Assembly (NCBI RefSeq): GCF_000143415.4 | Contig: NW_003314274.1 | Location: 1,966,623 to 2,030,622 of the forward strand | Length of the DNA: 64,000 nucleotides | Reading direction: 5' to 3' | Origin: Selaginella moellendorffii | Taxonomy: Eukaryota > Plantae > Lycopodiophyta | Shown here: piece by piece, positions 37,209 through 47,377 of the stretch | How the letters are laid out: every line of letters starts with the position of its first letter | Numbering within the stretch: the stretch's first letter is position 1 | The notes under the pieces: generated by a model | Database searches by the model: none | Seen by the model: the letters and a program-made list of their open reading frames with translations, nothing else | What the model was told of the DNA's origin: nothing | Made by a program: the position numbers and the translations under genes

Positions 37209-38317
37209 AGCTCATTCACCATGTTATATGGGAGTTACTAATTATTAAGAAAAGTTGATATGAAGTGGAAGCCACTTTTTATTCAATAATTATATATCAA
37301 AACTTTTGTGATAGTTTCAAACTTGCATTTGACTATTGATTTTAAATTATACTCTACAATAAACTCTTGGAGCTTCTTAACTAATTATATAGTTGGACTA
37401 TTAAAATAAATATGTTTGTAATTTATAAACACAAGATTAATCTTATTGCATATCAATCATTAGATGATAGAATAAAAAAGAATATACTAGAAATGGTTTA
37501 AGAAAGTTTATAAATTATAAATATAAGATTAATCTAAATGAATAACAACCTTTAGATGGTAGAATATCCTAGAATGTTCAAGCATATTCTAGGTATATTC
37601 ACTACCATACATAAGCAAACCAAAAATCACCAAGTTATTCAACCCTAAACCAAATAAATACATAATAAACGTGATATAAAAACCTTTAAATGTACTATAA
37701 TAGTAATTACTACTATGGTAAATTTAAAGAAGGGTACATCAGAGTTATTTTAGAAAAAAAAACCTTAACTTGTGAGGGAGATGTATTAGCCAAGAGTAAC
37801 TAGTTATACAATTGTTTACACATAAATGACTTTTTATATTATAATTAAGATTTTGATATATCAACCCAAAGACTGTCCATCACTCAAGACTTAATTTATA
37901 TTTGGCAGCTTATTGCTTTACATTCAATATACATAATATGAAGAAAGACACCTTAATTATCCATATTTTGGAAAGCTGAAAAGAGAATTATTGTAACGTA
38001 CATTTATTCACATGTTCTAAAAAATAAATTGCTGCACATTACATATTGATTTGCTTAATACTGTTTAGTATTATCTTTTGGAACTAAATAAACTAGAATC
38101 TAAAAGGTATAAAATGAAAATCTTCTATTGTTCTCTAGGAATCCAATTGATCAAATAGAAGCTTATAATTTATAAACAACAAACTAAAATATACTAAAAA
38201 GTGCTTTAGAAATTTTATAAATTATTAACATGTTTATAAATTATAAATACAAGATTTCCTCCAAGGTATGCTAATCTCTTCACTGCTTTGCTCGACACTC
38301 AATGCTCGCAACTCCAG

Positions 38318-38974
38318 GTTTTAACCGAGCTTGCGCCGTATGTCTTACTGGCCGAGAAGCTGGGAAAGCTAGCCGTGCAGCTGGCAGCCGGCGGGGGCGG
38401 AGTCAAGGACGTAACCATCAGCTACACGTCCGCCCGGTCCCCGGACGATCTAGACACCCGGCTCCTCCGCGCGATGATCGTCAAGGGCCTGGTGGAGCCA
38501 GTGTCGAACGCCTTCATCAACCTCGTGAACGCGGACTACGTCGCAAAGCAGCGTGGCATCCGGATCAGCGAGGAGAGGCACCCGGCCGAGGGGGGGAGCA
38601 CGCAGGCCCAGCCGCTGGAGAGCATCGCGGTGAAGATCTCCAACGTGGAGTCCAAGTTCTCGAGTGCAGTCTCCGACGGTGGGAGGGTGGCGGTGGCGGT
38701 GGCGGGCAGCATCAAGGACGGCTCTCGCAGGTGGGGCAGTTTAGCATGGACGTGAGCCTGGAGGGATCGGTCATCAAGTGCAAACAGGTGGATCAGCCGG
38801 GGATCATCGGGAAAGTTGGCGGGCTGCTGGGGGAACGTGAACGTGAGCTTCATGAGCGTGGGGAGGAAACAGGCGGTGATGGCGATTGGCGTGGATGAGG
38901 AGCTGAGCAAGGAAGTGCTGCACAGGATCGGGGCCATCCCGGCGGTGGAGGAGTTCGTGTTTCTCAAGCTCTAG
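38318..38974 (+). pseudogene. PGDH: D-3-phosphoglycerate dehydrogenase C-terminal (ASB+ACT) exon, frameshifted
   Basis: ELAPYVLLAEKLG, DLDTRLLRAM, NLVNAD, VDQPGIIGKVG, NVSFMSVGR and IPAVEEFVFLKL* lie in three frames. The N-terminal domains are absent. Confidence 0.88.
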
Positions 38975-39101
38975 GAAGCTTTTTCTGCCACAGGAACCTC
39001 TGGAAGATCATCGCTCAAGCGAAGGGAATGAAAGTTCTATTCATTGTCCAGCATTGACTTCTTGTGTGAGTGAGAGCCAAGGTCCAATTTAGGGTCATTC
39101 C

Positions 39102-40417
39102 ATGGCGATGGCGAACGAGAAGGTGTGTGTCACCGGCGCTTCTGGTTTCCTGGCATCTTGGCTCGTGAAGCGGCTATTGGAGGAGGGATATCACGTCGTC
39201 GGGACTGTGCGCGATCCAGGTACATACAAACGAGAAGAAACATAGTCTAATTCTCTTGTTTGTGATACTAGACGATGCGAGCAAGATTTCCCACCTGTGG
39301 GAGCTTCCAGGGGCGACAGAGAGGCTGGAGCTCAAGAAGGCCGACCTTGTCACGCAAGGGGCCTTTGATGATATTGTTCAAGGCTGTCATGGAGTTTTCC
39401 ATGTCGCGGCTGCCGTGACTTTCAGCTACAAGGAGGATCCACAGGTAACTTTGCTTTGACTCCTTCGATTCGGTCTAGTCTTTACTGGTTGTTTTTGCTT
39501 TCGGTTCTTCCAGGCCGAGATTGTTGATCCATGCTTGCTTGGAACTCTAAACGTGCTCAATGCCTGCAAGAGATCCACAACAGTCAAGCGAGTGGTGTGC
39601 ACGTCATCCGTGGCTGCTGTTCGCGTGAGGAACGACTTCAAGCCCGATGACGTCTTGGATGAATCGGTGTGGAGCTCCCCAGACTGCTGCCGTGAGACTC
39701 AGGCAAGTGTCTTATTTCCAAGGGACCAATTCTTAAAAAGTTTTTGAAGTCTAGATGTGGTATGGTCTGGGAAAGACTCTATCCGAGCAAGCAGCACTCG
39801 AGTTTGGGAAAGAAAGCGGCATAGATGTGATCACAATCGCTCCCAGCTTAATCGCTGGAGAACTTCTCTCGTCCAGGCCCACCGCAAGCGCTGCCGATAT
39901 TCTCCGGCTGCTCCAAGGAAAGCCTTTCTATATCGGAAGAAAAAAGAGAGGACGTTTTTGAGATTCCAAACACAATGCAGGAGCCAAGCAGTGGATAGAT
40001 CACACTGGATACGTCCATCTCGACGACGTTGCTCAAGCTCACCTCCTCGCCTACACAAATCCCAAAGCCAGTGGAAGATATGTTTGCTCTGCTATCAACA
40101 TGAGTGCGATCGAGCTCGCCAGCTTCATGTCCAAGAGGTATCCCAAGCACAAAATCGCCTCTACCGACGAGTAAGATCACGCAAACAAAAATTTAGTTTT
40201 CTGTTGCTGTTTTATACTCATTCCTTTGCTTTCTTACAGGATCGAGGTCCGGTGGCCGGCAAATTTCAAGGGATTCAGCTCCAGAAAGCTTCAGGACGAC
40301 CTTGGGATCCAATTCAAGTCGCTGGAGCAAATGTTCGACGATTGCGTTGAGAGCCTGGAACGCAAGGGCCTCTTAGACGCAAGTAAGAGTAGATCGCTTG
40401 GCTCATTTCCTTCTTGA
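39102..40417 (+). CDS. TKPR1: TKPR1-like (DFR/CCR-like) NADPH-dependent reductase
   Basis: [40 protein letters not shown] (YxxxK), GYVHLDDVA and [11 protein letters not shown]. Intron 3 is GC-AG; the intron 4 donor reads GA. Confidence 0.82.
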
Positions 40418-40659
40418 TCCAGGTAACGCAAGTGTGGCATGTATGGCTAGCAAAATAAGCACTATAGTCATGATCGAAGCACTATAGGTCCATCTTTACT
40501 GATTCTCCAGCTTTGCCAGCTCCAGGAGGAGCAAAGAGCGCTATTTTTTTAAAAATTACAAAACCATATCAATGAGCATGAAAACACACCCAATCGGCTG
40601 ATTTGATGAACTTGCTCTTGATGTGAACTATGAAACTGTGAGTGGTCTTGATGCAAGCT

Positions 40660-40851
40660 CCAGACTGGTCACACCTGATAAGAGAACCTGATGAAACTCC
40701 ACCGACGAGCGAACAATATGAAAGCACGCTCTAGACCGGTGTTATGAAAACCTGATAAGAGAATGAGATGAAAGTAAGGTCCAGACTGATGTAATGCAAA
40801 CCTGACAAGAGAACAAGATGAGAGCAAACTCCAGATAAGAGAGCAAACTCC
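40660..40851. repeat. Degenerate minisatellite, about 50-bp unit
   Basis: tccagact..acctgataagagaa..gatga recurs 3-4 times. Confidence 0.7.
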
Positions 40852-41001
40852 ATATCAGTGGAGGCCCTGGCATCTCAAGTGCTAAAGGAGCATGCTTAGC
40901 TAGAGTTTGATAGATTGAATCAAATAGTTATTGAATCTCAAATTTTATAAAATTTAAATCACTGAATCTTTACATCTATATCTACATGACAATTTTGCAT
41001 G

Positions 41002-41111
41002 CGACGGGGCTGGGTTAAGTTGTCTGGAAAAATGTTTGTTCTAGCTCGTCTACTGGAGAACCTACGGAAGAAAACAAACGATAGGATCGTGCTTGTATCG
41101 AATTATACACA
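41002..41111 (+). pseudogene. RAD54: Isolated RAD54 exon fragment
   Basis: WVKLSGKMFVLARLLENLRKKTNDRIVLVSNYTQ is the RAD54 helicase-C entry motif; no other exons are nearby. Confidence 0.8.
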
Positions 41112-42445
41112 GCATCTTCTCATCCTCGGGATCAGCCCTCTTCTTCCCCTGTTTGTGCAAAATCCAAGAGAGTTGAATCGATTCGACATCGCCCGTTCGA
41201 GAAACTTAAATCCATGTTGCTCATTTAAATGCGAAAGATCGAAGAGAAAGGAGAGAGACTCGTTTTTACATACGGGCGATTGAGCAATAGCTTCCTGAAA
41301 TCTCTACAAATCGATGCCACTCCCGGGCTGGAGGCGGCGGTGGCGCCGATGATGCCAAGATCATCACAGCATTTGCGCTGGCCGCCGGGGAGGACCGGCA
41401 TCTCATCAATTGGCCCGAAAGACCCAATGCACTCCTCATCGCGATCTCTAGTAGTTCACTGGCAAACAATCTTTCCTCCGATCGATCGATCGATCGACGA
41501 ACCGGGAACCAAATTTGAAGAGCGGCAAAAACCCGGGAGGGATTTCAAATCAAAACCTTTTGCCACGTAGGCGTCGCCAAGATTTTTAACCCCCTTTTGC
41601 TTAACTTTCATTTTAAATAATATTAAGAATAAACTAAAATAATACAAAGTAGAATATCCCAGAATCCAAACATATTCACGATTTAATTACTTTGATATCT
41701 TCTTTTTCTTTTGACAACCAAAAAGTGTCTCTTTGATTGAAGTAAACTTCTAGTTTCTATTGCAAACATTTGACCTCTTCTACTTATATTTCTAATTGAG
41801 AGTAGAGAGTTTGATGTTATAGATTCTTCTAATTCTTGTTGAGGTCTAGACCTTTGTCATTCACTATCCAATACTTATCTGTTTTTGATGATCTAAACTA
41901 ATAAATGACTATGCACATTAACTTATAAGCCAACTCTAAGCCTACTTTTAATAACTCAGAATTTCTATGCAAATGTTCACAAGATAAACCATATAACATC
42001 AATAACACAAGAAAATGGAAGATTTTCTCGTTTGTGTAGCATGGCCACTTCAGGTGAACATTAAAACAGTTTACCTTAGAATACTGTTCAAGATAGAAGA
42101 ATAACATGTAAAAAATAAGAACAATATCTTCCTAACCAATAGGAAAGCCTAGAATGTACCTGAAGATTCTATAAAGCAAACCATATTGAAATGTTTTAAC
42201 AGAGAAGTAGAGCTATAAAACAATTGATCAAGCGCTATTTGATGTGGTTCATGCTACGTTTACAAATTTTCGGACAGAGCGATGACACTCCCCTCCCGCC
42301 CAGCATTTGCGGAGCAATTTCTTCCAATCATTATATTCTACGATAGGATCTACCAATGCCTCAGTGGAAATGTGACGTGGCAAATTTCTAGGGTCAGGGT
42401 GATCGTTTAAAACACGCGTCGGATAGTTTTAGGACTTATCTGGGC

Positions 42446-44518
42446 ATGGCTATGGCGAACGATGGAGGAGGCACGGTGGTCTTTGCGAGCGTGGGACGAT
42501 CCCACTACGCCTTCGACGCATTCGCGCTCGACATCGCCACGCTCAAGGAGGAGGTACTCACCGACGGCGTCTCGGTTAACTTCAATGCCCAATTCGTGGA
42601 GGACGATCCGGTCTCTCTGGAGCTCCTGTGCGAACACGATCCAATGCCCAATTATCACCAGGAGGAGAAACCCAGTGCCGTGATCTTCGTCTCGGAGCGA
42701 ACAGGAGCTAGCAACATCTTCCTCCGCCGCCAGTCGATCACAAGTAAGTCCGATCGTGATGATCACAGCTCCACGCTCAAGCTCGGCAGCCTCGACGCTG
42801 GCGATGGATTCCTCTACTGCGATCGCCCCTGCGTCGCTGGCGGTGGAAGGATCATCTTCGCCTCCACCAAGGGCTCGCCGGAAATCTCGCAGAATCTCCG
42901 CCAGCCTAGCACCGCCATCTTCTCGGCGTGCCTGAGGATCGGCTTGACGAGGCGGCTCACTCCCGAGGGCGTCGCGGACTATAGCCCGGCGCTCTCGCCC
43001 TCGAAGAAATGGATCGCGGTGGCCTCCAACGCGGGCAAGCCGTGGAACGGCGAGATCCACGAGCTGGAAACGTCGCTGTGGATCTTCAAGGCCGAGGATG
43101 GATCGTCTCGAAAGATGGTCGTGGAAAGAGGAGGATGGCCAACTTGGTCGGACGAGAGAACCATCTTCTTCCACAAGAGATCCCCCGAGGACGACTGGTG
43201 GAGCATCTACAAGGCTGTTCTTCCGGAGAGTCTGGAAGATCTCGACGCCGCGAAGATCGATCAGGCCGTGGAGCGAGTGACACCACCCGGAGTTCACGCT
43301 TTCACCCCGGCAGCGTCCAGGACGAGCAACTGGATCGTGGTGGCGACTCACAGGAGCAACACCACGTCGCGGCACATCGAGCTCTTCGATCTCTCCAAAG
43401 GATCGTTTCTTCCCGTCACCTTGGAACTCCACCCCGAGCTCCACCACTTCAATCCTTTCGTGTCCGCCACCTCGGACACTCTCATCGGCTACCATCGCTG
43501 CCGCAACGATGGATCCATCGTCCCAACGCTGGAACACGTCGCTTGCCCCGCGAACAACGACATCACTCTCGTCCGGATCGATGGCGCGTTTCCATCCATC
43601 TCCAGCGACGGAGCTCTCATCGCCTACAACACCGACTTCGAGGCCAGCGATTCCGGAGTGATGGTGGCCAAGCTCGACGGATCAAACCGGAAGAGGATCC
43701 TCACAGGCCTGGCCTTCACGACGTGCTGGAACCCATGCAAGCCTGGGACGATCTACACCAGCGTCGGCCACATCTTCGCGGAGGAGCGAGCGATGGTTCA
43801 CATCGTCTCGCTCACTTTCGACGTCACAGCGCTCGAGGATCACTCCAGTTCTTCGAGTTCTACGCTGGAATCCAGCGTCAAAGTTCTCAGCAAGCCGGGA
43901 ACCAACAACAACGCGTTCCCGAGCTGCTCCCCGGATGGCAAGAACCTGGTGTTTCGATCCGGGCGCTCGGGCCACAAGAACCTTTACATCATGGACGCGG
44001 AGCTCGGCGAAGATGGTGGAATCCGAGCTCTCACCGAGGGTCCCTGGGTGGACACCATGCCGTGCTGGTCGCCGGATGGAAACTGGATCGCTTTCTCCTC
44101 CTCGAGAGACGGTCCCTCCAACGAGTTCTTCGCCATCTATCTCGTCCACCCCGATGGATCTGAGCTCCACCGAGTTTTCCCGGAGAGCTCCACGAGAGGC
44201 CGATGCAACCACGTTTGCTTCAGCCCGGACTCTCAAACGCTGCTCTTCACGGCTGACTGTGGTGGGATCTCGGCCGAGCCAGTGTCCCTGGCTAACCAGT
44301 TCCAGCCTTACGGAGAGCTCTTCTCGTGCAAGCTTGATGGATCCGAGCTCCGGCGATGGACTCACAACGCGTACGAGGATGGAACGCCTTGCTGGGGGCC
44401 TCTACGCCTTGATCCTTCCTCCATCTCCAAGCAAGGCCAGGAACTTCACGCAAACTTCCAGGATTGTCTCTGGTTGAGCGCCGTGACTGAGAAGATGAAG
44501 CAGTACGCTGCTGCGTAG
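42446..44518 (+). CDS. TolB-like / PD40 beta-propeller protein (DPP6 N-terminal-like, At1g21670/At4g01870 family), intronless
   Basis: LTDGVSVNFNAQF, RRLTPEGVADYSPALSP, NNAFPSCSPDGK..FRSGRSGHKNLYIMD, TMPCWSPDG, FQPYGELF and THNAYEDGTP. Confidence 0.93.
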   Translation: MAMANDGGGTVVFASVGRSHYAFDAFALDIATLKEEVLTDGVSVNFNAQFVEDDPVSLELLCEHDPMPNYHQEEKPSAVIFVSERTGASNIFLRRQSITSKSDRDDHSSTLKLGSLDAGDGFLYCDRPCVAGGGRIIFASTKGSPEISQNLRQPSTAIFSACLRIGLTRRLTPEGVADYSPALSPSKKWIAVASNAGKPWNGEIHELETSLWIFKAEDGSSRKMVVERGGWPTWSDERTIFFHKRSPEDDWWSIYKAVLPESLEDLDAAKIDQAVERVTPPGVHAFTPAASRTSNWIVVATHRSNTTSRHIELFDLSKGSFLPVTLELHPELHHFNPFVSATSDTLIGYHRCRNDGSIVPTLEHVACPANNDITLVRIDGAFPSISSDGALIAYNTDFEASDSGVMVAKLDGSNRKRILTGLAFTTCWNPCKPGTIYTSVGHIFAEERAMVHIVSLTFDVTALEDHSSSSSSTLESSVKVLSKPGTNNNAFPSCSPDGKNLVFRSGRSGHKNLYIMDAELGEDGGIRALTEGPWVDTMPCWSPDGNWIAFSSSRDGPSNEFFAIYLVHPDGSELHRVFPESSTRGRCNHVCFSPDSQTLLFTADCGGISAEPVSLANQFQPYGELFSCKLDGSELRRWTHNAYEDGTPCWGPLRLDPSSISKQGQELHANFQDCLWLSAVTEKMKQYAAA

Positions 44519-44573
44519 CGTTCTCTCTTGCGATTGACAATAACTTGGCATCCTCCATCGCCAAGAGCTTGGT

Positions 44574-47303
44574 TTATCGTATTGGATACTTGCATGAACA
44601 AGACCCATGGCTGAACTGATGAAAGCTTCGATCGTCCCTGAGCGTGATCACCCTGTCCGCCACCTCGGAGATGCACTTGATCACCTCGTGGCAGTCTTGG
44701 CACACGCCGATGTTCTTGACGATCCTCAGGGGCGTCCCCTCGGGTGTGGAGATCAATCCAAACACCACCGCCACCTTCTCGCTGTGGTACGACAACAAGA
44801 ACTTCTTCTCTTGCTCGCCGTGATCGTGCACCTTCTTGATCGGATCCCGCTCGTACCCGGCCTTCCGGATCTCCACGCACAGCCTCTCGAGCTCCGCAAA
44901 GATCTCCTCCTCCCTCGGAAGAAGACGATCGTCACCCGCGAAGAACTCGTACACCCGGTTGTTGATCTCGATCCAGCTACACCCCGGCTGCGTGATGAAC
45001 CCCCGCTCCACCAAGCTCTGCCGCGCGTTCCTCACGTCGTCCCACTTCCGGCTCAGGCAAAACACGCTGGCGAGGAGCGAGTACGCGGAGCCGGATCTCA
45101 AGCTCGCCAGCCGCGCCGCCACCCTGCGAGCTCGTTCCAGATCGCCATACGTCCTACAAGCGCTGAGCAGCGTCATCCACGTCGAGTGATGCGCTCCCAG
45201 CGGCGCCCTCCTCATGAGCGCCTCGGCCTCGCGGATCCACCCCGCGCGGCTCAGCAGATCCACCAGGCACGCAAAGTGTGCCTCGGTGGGAGCGATGCCG
45301 TGGTCGTGGCGTAGCGACGTGAAGAACGCGACCGCCTCCCGGACGAGGCCCGAGTGGCTACACCCCGCGATGGCGCTCACGAAGCTCACGCTGTCCGGCT
45401 TGACGCCCTCCTGCTGCATCGAGTAGAAGCAGCGCAGCGCCTCCTCGGAGAGCCCGAACTGCGAGTACGCCGCCACCATCGCGCTCCAGGCCACCACGTC
45501 GCTCGCTCGCGCGCGCCGGGCCTTCGCAAACTCGGCCTTCGCATCTGCCAAGCTCCCACACTTCGCGTACATGTTGATCACCGAGGTGGTGAGAAGATCC
45601 GCGCTCGCGACCGCTTGACGATCGAAGAGCCCACGCTCGAGCATCCGGGAGTGCGTCAGGCGGCCGAGTCCCAGCGCCGCCAGGCTCGCGCAGGCGTCCA
45701 GGATCGAGAGGAACGTCACCGCGTCCGGGGCCACGCCTTGCAAGCTCATCCTCGCGAAGATGCCGAGCGTCTCCTTGCCTTGATCGCGAAGAACGTAGGC
45801 CGCGAGGAGCGCGTTCCACACCGTCACGTCCCGGACGTCGCTCATTCGATCGAAGGCTCGCCTGGCCGCGTCTGGATTGCCGCACTTGCCATACATGTCC
45901 ACCAGCGCGGTCTGGAGGACGGGGTCGAGCTCTATCCCGCTCTCCGCGAGGCGGTCGTGGATCTCCTCGCCGAGTGCTAGCGCTTCCGAGCTCGCCCGAG
46001 CCTCGTCCTTGCCGGAACCAGCGATCGCAACGCACGACTCGAGGAGGTTGACGAAGGTGAAGCTGTCGAGCTTAACGCCTTCGTGGTCCATCCTCTTGAT
46101 CACCGCGATCGCTCGCTTGCCATGGCCGTGCCGCGCGTACGCTGCTAGCAAAGTCGTCCAGGAGATCTTGTCTCTCGTCTCGATCCCTTCCAGCGCATGC
46201 CTCGCAGCTCGGAGCTTCCCACACTTGCCATACAGGTTGACGAGCGCATTCGCCACGGTGTTGTCCGACTCCAATCCCTCGCCAGCGACAATCTCATGGA
46301 CGATCCGGCCCCGGACGATCGATTGCATCCACGCGCAGGCATCGATCACGCTCACGAGAGTGATCTTGTTCGGCCGCAGCCCATCCAAGTCCATCTCCCC
46401 GAGCAAAGCGAACGCTTCCTTGTAGCGATCGTGTCTGGAGCAAGCCGCGATCATCGTGTTCCAAGTCACCGCGTTCTTCGCCTCCATCCTCTCGAACACC
46501 TCCCTCGCGAGATCCACCTCGCCACACTTCCCATACATGTTGACGATCGTGTTGCCGAGGATCACATCGTCGCCAAGGAGCCCATCCGCGACGATCCTCT
46601 CGTGGATCGACTTGCCCAGCGCGATCGCCCTCATGCTCGCGCACGCATCCAGGACGCTCACGAAGGTGATCGCGTTGGCCTTGACGCCTTCGTGATCCAT
46701 GCGCACGAAGAGCTCCAAAGCATCGCCCGGATGCCCACGCTGGGCATACGCTGCGATCATCGCACTCCACGACACAACATTCCTCACGACCATCGCATCG
46801 AAAGCTCTCCTCGCGTGGCTCACACTACCGCATCGATTGTACATGGTGAGCACCGCGGTCGCCACCACAACGTCGGATCCAAGCCCGGACGCCTCGCAAA
46901 CCGTACGGTGGAAGAACTCCCCCTGCGACAAATCCCCCAGGCTCGCGAATGCGTCGAGGATGGCGATGCACGATACTCTATCCGGCGCCACGCCCTCGAG
47001 CGCCATCGCCCGGAAGATCTCCAGAGCCCGGGCGTGATGCCCATTCCGGGCATACTCCGCGATCGCGAGATTCCAGGAGAAGGGGCTCCTGTCAGCCATT
47101 GCGGCAGCGTCGCCATAGATTTCTACAGTGAGATTCTCCACTGGCGGGCCGGCAATCTGGGCGTGGACGATCTTGGAGCTCCCCAGCAGTGCCGCGCGCT
47201 CGTAATCGCTGGCTGGGAGTGGATTGCCTTGCTCGTGGTAGCCCTGGCTATGGATCCACAAGCATTGGAGCCTGCCCTTGCCTCTCTGGCATTGGCGCAA
47301 CAT
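44574..47303 (-). CDS. PLS-class PPR protein with E/DYW domain (organellar C-to-U editing factor type)
   Basis: P-L-S repeats (MYGKCG..VTWN), PG box PGCSWIE, HSEK and CQDCH; ends GSCSCKYPIR. Confidence 0.95.
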   Translation of the reverse strand: MLRQCQRGKGRLQCLWIHSQGYHEQGNPLPASDYERAALLGSSKIVHAQIAGPPVENLTVEIYGDAAAMADRSPFSWNLAIAEYARNGHHARALEIFRAMALEGVAPDRVSCIAILDAFASLGDLSQGEFFHRTVCEASGLGSDVVVATAVLTMYNRCGSVSHARRAFDAMVVRNVVSWSAMIAAYAQRGHPGDALELFVRMDHEGVKANAITFVSVLDACASMRAIALGKSIHERIVADGLLGDDVILGNTIVNMYGKCGEVDLAREVFERMEAKNAVTWNTMIAACSRHDRYKEAFALLGEMDLDGLRPNKITLVSVIDACAWMQSIVRGRIVHEIVAGEGLESDNTVANALVNLYGKCGKLRAARHALEGIETRDKISWTTLLAAYARHGHGKRAIAVIKRMDHEGVKLDSFTFVNLLESCVAIAGSGKDEARASSEALALGEEIHDRLAESGIELDPVLQTALVDMYGKCGNPDAARRAFDRMSDVRDVTVWNALLAAYVLRDQGKETLGIFARMSLQGVAPDAVTFLSILDACASLAALGLGRLTHSRMLERGLFDRQAVASADLLTTSVINMYAKCGSLADAKAEFAKARRARASDVVAWSAMVAAYSQFGLSEEALRCFYSMQQEGVKPDSVSFVSAIAGCSHSGLVREAVAFFTSLRHDHGIAPTEAHFACLVDLLSRAGWIREAEALMRRAPLGAHHSTWMTLLSACRTYGDLERARRVAARLASLRSGSAYSLLASVFCLSRKWDDVRNARQSLVERGFITQPGCSWIEINNRVYEFFAGDDRLLPREEEIFAELERLCVEIRKAGYERDPIKKVHDHGEQEKKFLLSYHSEKVAVVFGLISTPEGTPLRIVKNIGVCQDCHEVIKCISEVADRVITLRDDRSFHQFSHGSCSCKYPIR

Positions 47304-47377
47304 GAATGAGACGACATGATCCTCTCGGGGCGAGTTTTAGGGTTTTTCGAGGATGGGTTGATTTGGGCGGGAACGCG

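Noticed and set aside
40660-40851. Spaced repeats superficially like a CRISPR array
   Set aside because: Eukaryotic context, degenerate repeats, similar spacers and no cas genes; it is a minisatellite.
39102-42460. Identical MAMAN starts of the TKPR1-like and TolB-like genes
   Set aside because: Similarity is limited to about 15 nt in a favoured ATGGC context; likely coincidence.
42407-47309. Many 150-380 aa alternative-frame ORFs over the TolB-like and PPR genes
   Set aside because: Expected shadow ORFs of GC-rich coding sequence; no motifs.
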